In this document: positions 1-7,606 of the stretch, one piece after another
How the letters are laid out: the number at the start of each line of letters is the position of its first letter
Numbering within the stretch: position 1 is the stretch's first letter
Assembly: GCA_027311385.1 (NCBI GenBank)
Contig: DAICZA010000003.1
Location: 1 to 40,398 of the forward strand
DNA: 40,398 bases
Source: a bacterium
GTDB lineage: Bacteria; Patescibacteriota; Minisyncoccia; Phycocordibacterales; Phycocordibacteraceae
Reading direction: 5' to 3'
Made by a program: the position numbers and the translations under genes
Notes under the pieces: generated by a model
The model's database searches: none
What the model was told of the DNA's origin: nothing
The model's input: the letters and a program-made list of their open reading frames with translations, nothing else

Positions 1-87
1 AACGTAACATTTCGAGGAGAATACGGCGTAAAGAAAGGAGATATCGTTCAAAAACGGCTGTAATAGTTGCAAACGGGTGTAACATTT

Positions 88-460
88 CAAAACCGAACAA
101 AGCGAACACGAAAAGACGCATTTTGAGTGTTCGGTTTCTGTTTGCTCTCGGGACGAACAGAGCGATCCTATGCGATGGATCCGACTCTCACAAATGAGAC
201 TAATGAGACCATTTTGGGCATAATTTGGAGTCTCACTTTGGCATTTATAAAATACCTGATTCCCCGAGACATGTCATTCACCCGCCATACGGTGGCGTAT
301 TTGCTCAAAATGAGACAAATGAGACACTCCACACATGTCCTCACTGTGTCTCATTTGCCGATTTAAAATGCCAACAAATGCCAATAATTCAGGAAAATGG
401 ATCGGGTACAAATTGGACAAAATGGACAGCCGAGGAGACAGATTGGGCGTGTCCAATTTG
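88..460. repeat. Array of four ~50-bp units, each a 9-bp tandem direct repeat plus a distal inverted copy; not a canonical CRISPR array
   Basis: Units start at 88, 191, 306 and 409. Pattern (aaa-N4-ac)x2, then 20-23 bp, then the inverted copy: ccgaac/gttcgg, tgagac/gtctca (twice), ttggac/gtccaa. Confidence 0.7.
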
Positions 461-534
461 ATGGAGTTGCACAATATCCTTTTTGCGAACCGTTCCTGCA
501 GGAGCACGTGAATGCTAGCCGGAATCGTGAATTT

Positions 535-831
535 CTAGACAATCTCAAAAGACTTTGTATTGTAATGCTCCTTGATAATTGCATTGGCGGTTGAATTCAT
601 CGCGCACGATTTGCAGGAAGCGAAGAGGTGCAGACGGTCTCGCTTCCCTGACAGCCATGATAACATTTTTTCCTCAAATTCTTCACGTTCCTTGAAGGAA
701 AGGCGACCGACGTAGAGCGTGGGCTGCAATTTGGACAGGCCGTAATTTTTGCACTGTTTCTCGGCTTGCACCTGGTGCTTCTGACTCGATGTCCGCCAAG
801 CGGCAATCGTGAGAAATCCGGGATCGTTCAT
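535..831 (-). CDS. cas2: Cas2-like protein, divergent
   Basis: 98 aa with ATGA overlap with the cas1 stop. KNYGLSKLQPTLYVG and DRLHLFASCKSC match the Cas2 patterns YG..VQ.SVF.G and D.v.iy.lC..C. The usual N-terminal YD motif is absent. Confidence 0.7.
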   Translation of the reverse strand: MNDPGFLTIAAWRTSSQKHQVQAEKQCKNYGLSKLQPTLYVGRLSFKEREEFEEKMLSWLSGKRDRLHLFASCKSCAMNSTANAIIKEHYNTKSFEIV

Positions 832-1880
832 GGGGTGTATTCGAAAGGTATATACATCTTTTCCTTCTCCAAAAAGATGCGGGCAAGCAGTTCGCTTTGT
901 TCCGTAATCGCAGCGCGGAGCGTGCGTTTCTTTCCCCGGTGCGCGACTTTCTGGTCGAGGCGCTTCAGGACTGCTCCAACCACCTTGCTCTTCCCTTGTG
1001 CCGAGAGACGGTATTCACTTTTAGCCACGAGTTCGAAATCCCCTCGTTTGCCAAGCTCTTTATTTATAAACAGCGGAATAATCGCGGCATCCACCAGAGG
1101 GACGCGAAATTCCTCCACCATATCGAGCACGAGCGCCGGTTTGCCGTAGCGCTCGGAGTGATACAGACCGAGATACGGATCGAGGCCGATGTACAGGCAG
1201 GCGCGTTCGACTTCGTTATAAAGGATGCCGTAGCCGTAGTTGAGCGCGCTGTTGAATTTGTCCCGGCCTTGCGGGATACGGCCCGGGAATTTGAAGAGTG
1301 TTCTCATGCCTCGCCAGTACCGTTCCGCGATAGAGCCTTCGAGACCGAGCATCTCTTCGTTCGCCCGATTGCTCGGAAGCAGTTTCGCGATTGATTCGAA
1401 CACCGCTTCTGCTTGCATACGCTCCTTTGCGTTTTCAGCACCATATCGGTCGGCAAGATGGCGCATGAAGCGAATCTGATTTCGGCATTTGCCGACAACA
1501 AAGGTACGCGCAAGCTCGAAGGATTTGATTTGATCCGAAGAGGTCGTGAGCTGCGCGCGTCGCAATGTCGCAAGACCCTTCGGGTCGCTCGAGAAGATGC
1601 GGCCAACCGGCTTGCCGAACGCGCCGAGATAGACGATATCCACCTCGTGATCGAGTGCGAGCTGTACGGCATGCATGGAGATAGAGGAAGGTCGCAAAAT
1701 CACTATTTTATTGAGCCGACGAATCGGATACTCCTTTCTTGTTCGCGGAGGTTTCGGCAATCCTGTCTTCCGGCGTTTTCTTCCCGGGGGCAGAGGAGGT
1801 TTAGGGCCGGGAAGAGAGATGGTGATACGCTCGCCAGTCGCCCCGATGAAGGTGCCGTACGTGTCGATGAGTAAATCCAT
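828..1880 (-). CDS. cas1: CRISPR-associated integrase Cas1
   Basis: Motifs LGLEG, FNSALNYGYGIL, GLDPYLGLYH and LVLDMVEEFR carry the catalytic E/H/E. Start placed at MDLLIDTYG (ATG 1880). Confidence 0.95.
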   Translation of the reverse strand: MDLLIDTYGTFIGATGERITISLPGPKPPLPPGRKRRKTGLPKPPRTRKEYPIRRLNKIVILRPSSISMHAVQLALDHEVDIVYLGAFGKPVGRIFSSDPKGLATLRRAQLTTSSDQIKSFELARTFVVGKCRNQIRFMRHLADRYGAENAKERMQAEAVFESIAKLLPSNRANEEMLGLEGSIAERYWRGMRTLFKFPGRIPQGRDKFNSALNYGYGILYNEVERACLYIGLDPYLGLYHSERYGKPALVLDMVEEFRVPLVDAAIIPLFINKELGKRGDFELVAKSEYRLSAQGKSKVVGAVLKRLDQKVAHRGKKRTLRAAITEQSELLARIFLEKEKMYIPFEYTP

Positions 1881-1899
1881 GGGTATAGGATATATCATT

Positions 1900-1920
1900 C
1901 CATTGACTTTCAGTCAATGG
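1900..1920. promoter_or_regulatory. Palindromic operator-like site in the divergent cas1/recombinase intergenic region
   Basis: ccattgact-ttc-agtcaatgg, perfect 9-bp arms, each containing a TTGACT -35-like hexamer. Confidence 0.5.
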
Positions 1921-2018
1921 CATCGTTTGATGCGCTCTAAAGATACCAACTCACCCCTCATGGACTCCTCCGAGGGGTTGTGGCATCCCTTGTACCTGTA
2001 CCAGATAATACAAGGAAT

Positions 2019-3344
2019 ATGGAAACAACAATGGTTCAGGGCGGTTTCGGAGCGGCGGTCGCTCCAGTCGAAATGGTTCCAGTCCGGTACTGCCTCTATG
2101 CGAGGAAGAGCACCGAGAGCGAAGAACAGCAGGTGTTGAGCATCGATAGTCAGATCAAGGAAATGCTGGTTTTGGCTGAGAAAGAGAAATTGGAGATCGT
2201 CGAAGTGAAGCGTGAATCGCATTCAGCCAAGGAGGCCGGGGCACGACCGATATTCAATGAGATCGTGGAGGAAATTAAGAGCGGCAAGTTCAACGGCATA
2301 CTGACCTGGGCACCAGATCGCATCTCTCGCAACGCGGGCGATCTCGGTCGCATCGTCGATCTCATGGATAGCAAGCACCTGATTGACATCCGCACGTACG
2401 GCCAGCGATTCACGAATAATCCGAACGAGAAATTCTTGCTGATGATATTGGGGAGTCAAGCAAAATTGGAGAACGACAACAAGCGCGTCAATGTGAAGCG
2501 AGGACTCCGAGCGAGAGTCGAGATGGGCCTATGGCCCGGCATCGCGCCCACGGGATATCTGAATGACGGACGAAAGGATCATCGGTGTGAAGTATTAGTT
2601 GATCCCGTCCGCTCCCCTGTCATCAGACAGGTCTTCGAGAAGATCGGGGTGGAGCGCTGGAGCGGGCGAAAAGTACATGCGTGGCTCAAATCGGATATCA
2701 AGTTTGCCTCTCGGATTGGCAAGAGCATGAATCTCTCTACCTTATACAAGATGCTCAAGAATCCCTTCTATTGCGGTGTCTTCGAGTATCCGAGGGGCTC
2801 GGGCTCCTGGTATACCGGCAAGCATACGCCGATCATCACCCAGGAACTCTTCCAGGCAGTCCAAGAGAAGATCGCCGAGGAGAACCGCCCCAAGACCAGG
2901 TTCGAAGAGTGGAACTTCACCAAACTCCTCCTCTGCGGATACTGCGGTTCCGGCATCACCGCCCAAGAGAGAGCCAAGATACTGAGTACCGGTGAACCCG
3001 TCTCCTACGTGTACTACTCCTGCTCCCGCGCCAAGGACGTGAACTGCAAGAATCCGTACCTGCGCGAGGAGAAAGTTATCGAGCAACTCGCTGGTCTGAT
3101 TGACAAGATATCCCTCGACGAAATCGGTGCCCGTCACCTCATTGAGCGCGAAGTGTCGCGATACAACAAGTTACGTGCGGAGGTTGAAGGGAAAAGCGAA
3201 ACCATCAAGGCTAAGGAAATGGACATTCGCAAATATGCAAAGTATCTATTGAAGAATGGATCAAGAGAGGAGAAGCGCGAACTGCTTGAACACTTGCGTG
3301 ACCGTCTGATCTTGAACGACCACATTATCACGCTCGCCGATTAA
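2019..3344 (+). CDS. Large serine recombinase (resolvase + recombinase + Zn-ribbon domains)
   Basis: YARKS catalytic Ser, [31 protein letters not shown]...[14 protein letters not shown] precedes ATG 2019. Confidence 0.92.
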   Translation: METTMVQGGFGAAVAPVEMVPVRYCLYARKSTESEEQQVLSIDSQIKEMLVLAEKEKLEIVEVKRESHSAKEAGARPIFNEIVEEIKSGKFNGILTWAPDRISRNAGDLGRIVDLMDSKHLIDIRTYGQRFTNNPNEKFLLMILGSQAKLENDNKRVNVKRGLRARVEMGLWPGIAPTGYLNDGRKDHRCEVLVDPVRSPVIRQVFEKIGVERWSGRKVHAWLKSDIKFASRIGKSMNLSTLYKMLKNPFYCGVFEYPRGSGSWYTGKHTPIITQELFQAVQEKIAEENRPKTRFEEWNFTKLLLCGYCGSGITAQERAKILSTGEPVSYVYYSCSRAKDVNCKNPYLREEKVIEQLAGLIDKISLDEIGARHLIEREVSRYNKLRAEVEGKSETIKAKEMDIRKYAKYLLKNGSREEKRELLEHLRDRLILNDHIITLAD

Positions 3345-3376
3345 CACAAAAGCGCGACATTCATCGCGCTTTTGTG
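3345..3376. terminator. Bidirectional intrinsic terminator
   Basis: cacaaaagcgcga-cattca-tcgcgcttttgtg, a perfect 13-bp stem between the convergent recombinase and tRNA-Gly. Confidence 0.75.
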
Positions 3377-3446
3377 CGGAAATGACCCTCGCGGTTGCGA
3401 ACTGAAATTGATGCCTCGCGGTCTAAAAACCGCGTGCTGACTGCTG

Positions 3447-3517
3447 TGCGGGATACGAGAATCGAACTCGTGCCTCAACCTTGGGAAGGTCGCGTCCTAC
3501 CACTAAACCAATCCCGC
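3447..3517 (-). tRNA. tRNA-Gly(CCC)
   Basis: GCGGGAT/ATCCCGC acceptor stem, anticodon loop TT-CCC-AA, GTTCGATTC T-loop; CCA not encoded. Confidence 0.93.
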
Positions 3518-3559
3518 ACAAAAAGCGAATGCCGGTTCTGCCGTTAAACCATACCCGCA

Positions 3560-3898
3560 TTAAAACCAACTCAATATCTTCTGCCACCAGGACGGCGTCG
3601 TGGTGGGCGTCGCCGTGGCCGGCGGCACCACCACGATAACCTCTTCCCCCGGCCGCGCAACCCCGAAGGCCGTCCGGATGGCCGCATCCTGCCCGCGCGG
3701 CGTCGCGAGAGCGGCGAGATTCGCCTCCAGCGTCGCTTTGCGCGTCTCAAGCGCCTGATACTGCGCTTTCTCCTGGCCCGCCTGGGACACGGCAATATGC
3801 GCTTTCCCCACAAGCCCCCAGATGCTTGACGCAAGCCAGGCGCCAATCAAGATGAGGACGCCGATGATGATTCCCTGCCGCCAGTGTCTCGCGCGCAT
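3560..3898 (-). CDS. Septum formation initiator (FtsB/DivIC-like)
   Basis: Single N-terminal TM, coiled coil, then IRTAFGVARPGEEVIVVV. Confidence 0.75.
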   Translation of the reverse strand: MRARHWRQGIIIGVLILIGAWLASSIWGLVGKAHIAVSQAGQEKAQYQALETRKATLEANLAALATPRGQDAAIRTAFGVARPGEEVIVVVPPATATPTTTPSWWQKILSWF

Positions 3899-3917
3899 AC
3901 GGAGAGTATACCAATTC

Positions 3918-5786
3918 TCATTCAGCCGACGATTGGACCATTTTCATAAAGACTTCTTCGGGGATATTCACCTTCCCCCGCCCGCGCTCCAAGAGCTTCT
4001 TCTTGCCGCGCTTCTGCTTGTCCAGGAGCTTGTTCTTGCGCGAGACGTCGCCGCCGTAGAGATAGCCGGTGACATCCTTGCGCATCGCCGAGAGCGTTCG
4101 TGAAGAGATGATGCGGCCCAAGGCGCGCGCCTGGATCTTCGTCACAAAGAGCTGTTTGGGCAGGAGGCCGTGAAGTTTCTCCACCATCTTCTCCGCCTCT
4201 TCCTCCACCCGCCGGCGCGCGACCACGCGCGCAAACGCGGCCACCGGCTCGTCGGCCACCAGCACGTCAAGCCGCACGACATCCGCTTCCCGTTCGGCGA
4301 GGATTTCATACGACAGCGAGGCGTAGCCGGATGAGACGTTCTTCAATTTATCAAAGAATCCGCGCATGAGTTCGCGCAGCGGCATCTCAATGGTCATCTC
4401 AATGCGACCGTCGCCGAACGTCTCGGTCGCGAGTGTCTGCGCCTCGTGGTCGTAGAGCATCTGGACGAGCGCGTTCACCGCCTCGGGCGGCGTGATGATG
4501 ATGACCCGCGCCCACGGCTCCTCAATCTTCAGGATGTCGCCGTATTCGGGGAACTTCGCCGGCGTATAAATGGTCTCGCGGACGCCGCTCGTCTTCGTGA
4601 CCACGTAGGAGATAGTCGGGATAGTGACGATGAGCGTAAGGTTGAATTCGCGGCGCAGGCGTTCGGTAACTATTTCCAAATGGAGGAGCCCGAGGAAGCC
4701 GCAGCGGAACCCGCGCCCGAGCACACCGGAAGACTCTTCCTCAAACGAGAGCGAGGAATCGGAGAGCCGCAGGCGCTCAAGCGATTTGCGCAGGACCGGC
4801 AAGTCATCTTGGCTCTCCGGATACACCGACGCCCACACGACCGGCCGCACCCGCTCGTAGCCCGGGAGCGCGGGCAAGGAGCCCTTCGCCGCACCGATGG
4901 TGTCGCCGACCGCGACGACGCCCGGCTCCTTGATGCCGGTGACAATGTAGCCGATTTCGCCGGCGGAAAGTGAATCGGCGGGCGTCTCGCCTGGCGTGAA
5001 GATGCCGGTCTCAAGCGCGATGAACTCTTTCCCCGCCGCGCGAAACGCAAGCGGCTGGCCTTTCTTGAACGTGCCGTCAAACACGCGCAGATACACGGCG
5101 ACGCCGCGGTGCGTGGAATACGAGAAATCAAAAATAAGTCCGCGCGGTTCCTCGCCGGCGGACGGCGCGGAACCGCGCGGCGACGGAATGCGCGTCACGA
5201 TGGCTTCCAGCAGTTCGGCAACGCCCGCACCCGTCTTCCCCGACACTGCAAGCACCTCCTCGGGCGAGGCGTGCACGAGCTTGGCGAGCTCCGCCTTCAC
5301 CTCGTCCACGCGCGCGGCGGGAGAATCTATCTTGGAGAGCACCGGGATGACGACGCACCCCTGCGCCTCGGCCATTGCGAGCGTTGTCAGGGTTTGCGCC
5401 TGGACGCCATGGGTGGCATCCACAAGGAGAAGCACTCCCTCCACCGCATGGAGCGCGCGCGAGACTTCGTACGAGAAATCAATGTGCCCCGGAGTATCAA
5501 TCAAGTTGAGTACGTAGTCGCCGTACTGCATCCGTACGGGCTGCATTTTGATGGTAATGCCGCGCTCGCGTTCCAGGTCCATACGGTCAAGCACCTGGTC
5601 GCGCATCAATCGCTCGGGAATGGCGCCGGTGCGCTCCAAGAGGCGGTCGGCCAGCGTTGATTTGCCATGGTCTACATGGGCAATGATAGAGAAATTGCGA
5701 AAGTGTTCTTGGTTCACCCCGTTAGAGACCCGATTCGCAGACGAATCGGCAGACATTCCAGATGTCTTGTCTCTAACGGGGTTCAT
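3918..5786 (-). CDS. lepA: Elongation factor 4
   Basis: [60 protein letters not shown]. The N-terminal 23 aa come from an inserted palindromic element; alternative start GTG 5717. Confidence 0.97.
   Translation of the reverse strand: MNPVRDKTSGMSADSSANRVSNGVNQEHFRNFSIIAHVDHGKSTLADRLLERTGAIPERLMRDQVLDRMDLERERGITIKMQPVRMQYGDYVLNLIDTPGHIDFSYEVSRALHAVEGVLLLVDATHGVQAQTLTTLAMAEAQGCVVIPVLSKIDSPAARVDEVKAELAKLVHASPEEVLAVSGKTGAGVAELLEAIVTRIPSPRGSAPSAGEEPRGLIFDFSYSTHRGVAVYLRVFDGTFKKGQPLAFRAAGKEFIALETGIFTPGETPADSLSAGEIGYIVTGIKEPGVVAVGDTIGAAKGSLPALPGYERVRPVVWASVYPESQDDLPVLRKSLERLRLSDSSLSFEEESSGVLGRGFRCGFLGLLHLEIVTERLRREFNLTLIVTIPTISYVVTKTSGVRETIYTPAKFPEYGDILKIEEPWARVIIITPPEAVNALVQMLYDHEAQTLATETFGDGRIEMTIEMPLRELMRGFFDKLKNVSSGYASLSYEILAEREADVVRLDVLVADEPVAAFARVVARRRVEEEAEKMVEKLHGLLPKQLFVTKIQARALGRIISSRTLSAMRKDVTGYLYGGDVSRKNKLLDKQKRGKKKLLERGRGKVNIPEEVFMKMVQSSAE
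5717..5781. mobile_element. MITE-like palindromic element, CCCCGTTAGA...TCTAACGGGG family, copy 1
   Basis: 13-bp terminal inverted repeat, flanking ttca direct repeat (5713-5716 and 5782-5785), two internal hairpins. Confidence 0.75.
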
Positions 5787-7546
5787 GGCTGGAGCGGCTC
5801 GTCGCCGGAGGGAGGAAGTATGGCGGAGCGGCCGGTATGCGTCCGGATGAGTTTCCCGAGCGCGCTGGTCACGATGCCGAATTCCTCGTTCTCAAGGAAA
5901 TAGAGCGCGAGCGCCGAGGCGGCAAGGCCGACAATGCCTGCGACAAGACCCTGCGTGAGGACGGACATAAGCGTCGTCAGGGGCGCGATGCCGCCCTCAA
6001 GCGTCAGCACCGCGTACGCAGCCGCGCCGCCCGCAACGGCGGCGATGGAGCCGTCCAGAGCCGGACGCAGGAGCGTCCGGCTGAGTCCGGGAGCGATATT
6101 CCGAAGCGCGATGAGCGACAGAAACACGAGGAAGAATTGTCCGAGGATGTTCGCGAGCGCGAGAAGCAGAATGCCCGTCCCGGGCACGTCGGACACTTTC
6201 AGAAACGCCGCGAGCGAAGCGGGCATGCTGCTATTCGGCATCGCGAGGAACACGAACGCGAGCACGACCGTGAGTGCGCCGCCGGCAATCTGGTACGCAA
6301 GCGGCCGCCAGGACTGGCGCGCCGCGTAGAGCGCGCGCGAGAACAGTAATTCCAGCGCGTCCACGACCAAGCCGACGACGGCGATAGCAAGGAGCGCCGC
6401 CGTGAGGCGCGTCGCGTCCCAATTAAACGCGCCGGTCCCGAGCACGACTCGGACGATATGCGCACGCAAGACGACGACAAGCCCGAGCGCCACGATAGAC
6501 CAGAGGATGATGTGCCGCGCGCTCGTGGAAAGAATTTTCATAAATTCATCATGCTTCTTCAAGGAGAGCGCTTCGGAGAGCGCCGGGAACGCCGCAACGG
6601 CATAGGAGGAACCGATGATGGCGAGCGGAACCGCCTCCAGATTGCCGGCGAAGGTGAACACCGATACCTCGCCCGTGCCGAGCCGGGACGCCATCGCCGT
6701 CAGAAACAGCATCGTGAAGGAGTTCACGCCGAGCGCGAGCGAGCGCGGCACGGAATTCTGCACGACCGGCCTCATAAGCGCAAAGGATGGGAGACGGAAG
6801 CGCGGCAGTACGCCGGCGCCGATGACGACCGGTATATTGACGGCGAAGTATCCGACCGCGCCGATGACCACGCCGATGCCGATGCCCGGCAAGCCCCACA
6901 GGGGATACAAAACGACCGTGCCGAAGATGATGCCGAGATTGTAGAGAACCGGCGAGAGCGCGAAGAGGACGAACCGCCGGTGCACCTGCGTGACGCTCGC
7001 AAAGACGCCGGAGAGGCCGAGCAAGATGGGCTGGACGAGCAGAATGCGCGCAAGGAGAACAAACTGCGGCTGGTACGCCGAGGTAACGAAATCCGGATAG
7101 AGAAACGCCAAGAACTGCGGCATAAAGATGCCGATAATGACGCAAATGACGCCGCCGACGCTAAGGAGGAACGTTGCCGATTCGGAGAGGAGCCGTCGCG
7201 TCGCGTCGCGATCCTGCCCGGTAATAAGCGGAATGATAACGTACGCACTCACCAAGGACGACACCAGTGCGAAGACCAGATCCGGCATACGAAACGCCGC
7301 ATAGTAGAGGTCCAGCACCTGCCCCGCGCCGAAGGTGTGTGCAAAGGTGCGGTCGCGGAGAAGTGCCAAAGCCTGCGACGCGAGCGTGAGCGCGGCGAGC
7401 AGATACGCGGCCTGATGCAGGCCGCGTATCGGCGCGGCAATACGCGAATACGCGGCTTTCCTAAGCCCGCGTATTGGTGCCGCGATGCGCTCATACGTCT
7501 CCCGAACCATTGCCTCATAGTACCCTTTTTCCGCCGCGTTCTCCAT
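5783..7546 (-). CDS. murJ: Lipid II flippase MurJ/MviN
   Basis: [38 protein letters not shown], many TM segments. Confidence 0.9.
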   Translation of the reverse strand: MENAAEKGYYEAMVRETYERIAAPIRGLRKAAYSRIAAPIRGLHQAAYLLAALTLASQALALLRDRTFAHTFGAGQVLDLYYAAFRMPDLVFALVSSLVSAYVIIPLITGQDRDATRRLLSESATFLLSVGGVICVIIGIFMPQFLAFLYPDFVTSAYQPQFVLLARILLVQPILLGLSGVFASVTQVHRRFVLFALSPVLYNLGIIFGTVVLYPLWGLPGIGIGVVIGAVGYFAVNIPVVIGAGVLPRFRLPSFALMRPVVQNSVPRSLALGVNSFTMLFLTAMASRLGTGEVSVFTFAGNLEAVPLAIIGSSYAVAAFPALSEALSLKKHDEFMKILSTSARHIILWSIVALGLVVVLRAHIVRVVLGTGAFNWDATRLTAALLAIAVVGLVVDALELLFSRALYAARQSWRPLAYQIAGGALTVVLAFVFLAMPNSSMPASLAAFLKVSDVPGTGILLLALANILGQFFLVFLSLIALRNIAPGLSRTLLRPALDGSIAAVAGGAAAYAVLTLEGGIAPLTTLMSVLTQGLVAGIVGLAASALALYFLENEEFGIVTSALGKLIRTHTGRSAILPPSGDEPLQP

Positions 7547-7555
7547 AGGAAAAAC

Positions 7556-7588
7556 GGAAAAGGGGCGCCCGACTGGACGCCCCTTTCC
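7556..7588 (-). terminator. Intrinsic terminator-like hairpin
   Basis: ggaaaaggggcg...cgcccctttcc, just after the stop of the TPR membrane gene. Confidence 0.5.
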
Positions 7589-7606
7589 TAAAAATGCTTC
7601 TGACGA

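Noticed and set aside
1..534. Canonical CRISPR array next to cas2
   Set aside because: No 23-50 bp repeat recurs with spacer-like periodicity. Only gtaacatttc (4 and 79) and the structured units are seen. An array could begin beyond the window edge.
127..594. Short ORFs containing NETNET or NWTKWT
   Set aside because: The peptide repeats are by-products of the 9-bp DNA repeats and appear in different frames; there is no clear RBS or family motif.
3373..3446. Possible att duplication of the tRNA-Gly 3' end (tgtgcgg) and a cctcgcggt repeat
   Set aside because: Only 7-9 bp matches, overlapping a terminator; too short to call.
6458..7591. 377-aa plus-strand ORF and similar long antisense ORFs (e.g. 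15375-16583, 27627-29681, 30312-31661)
   Set aside because: Shadow ORFs opposite well-supported genes, expected from high-GC codon bias.
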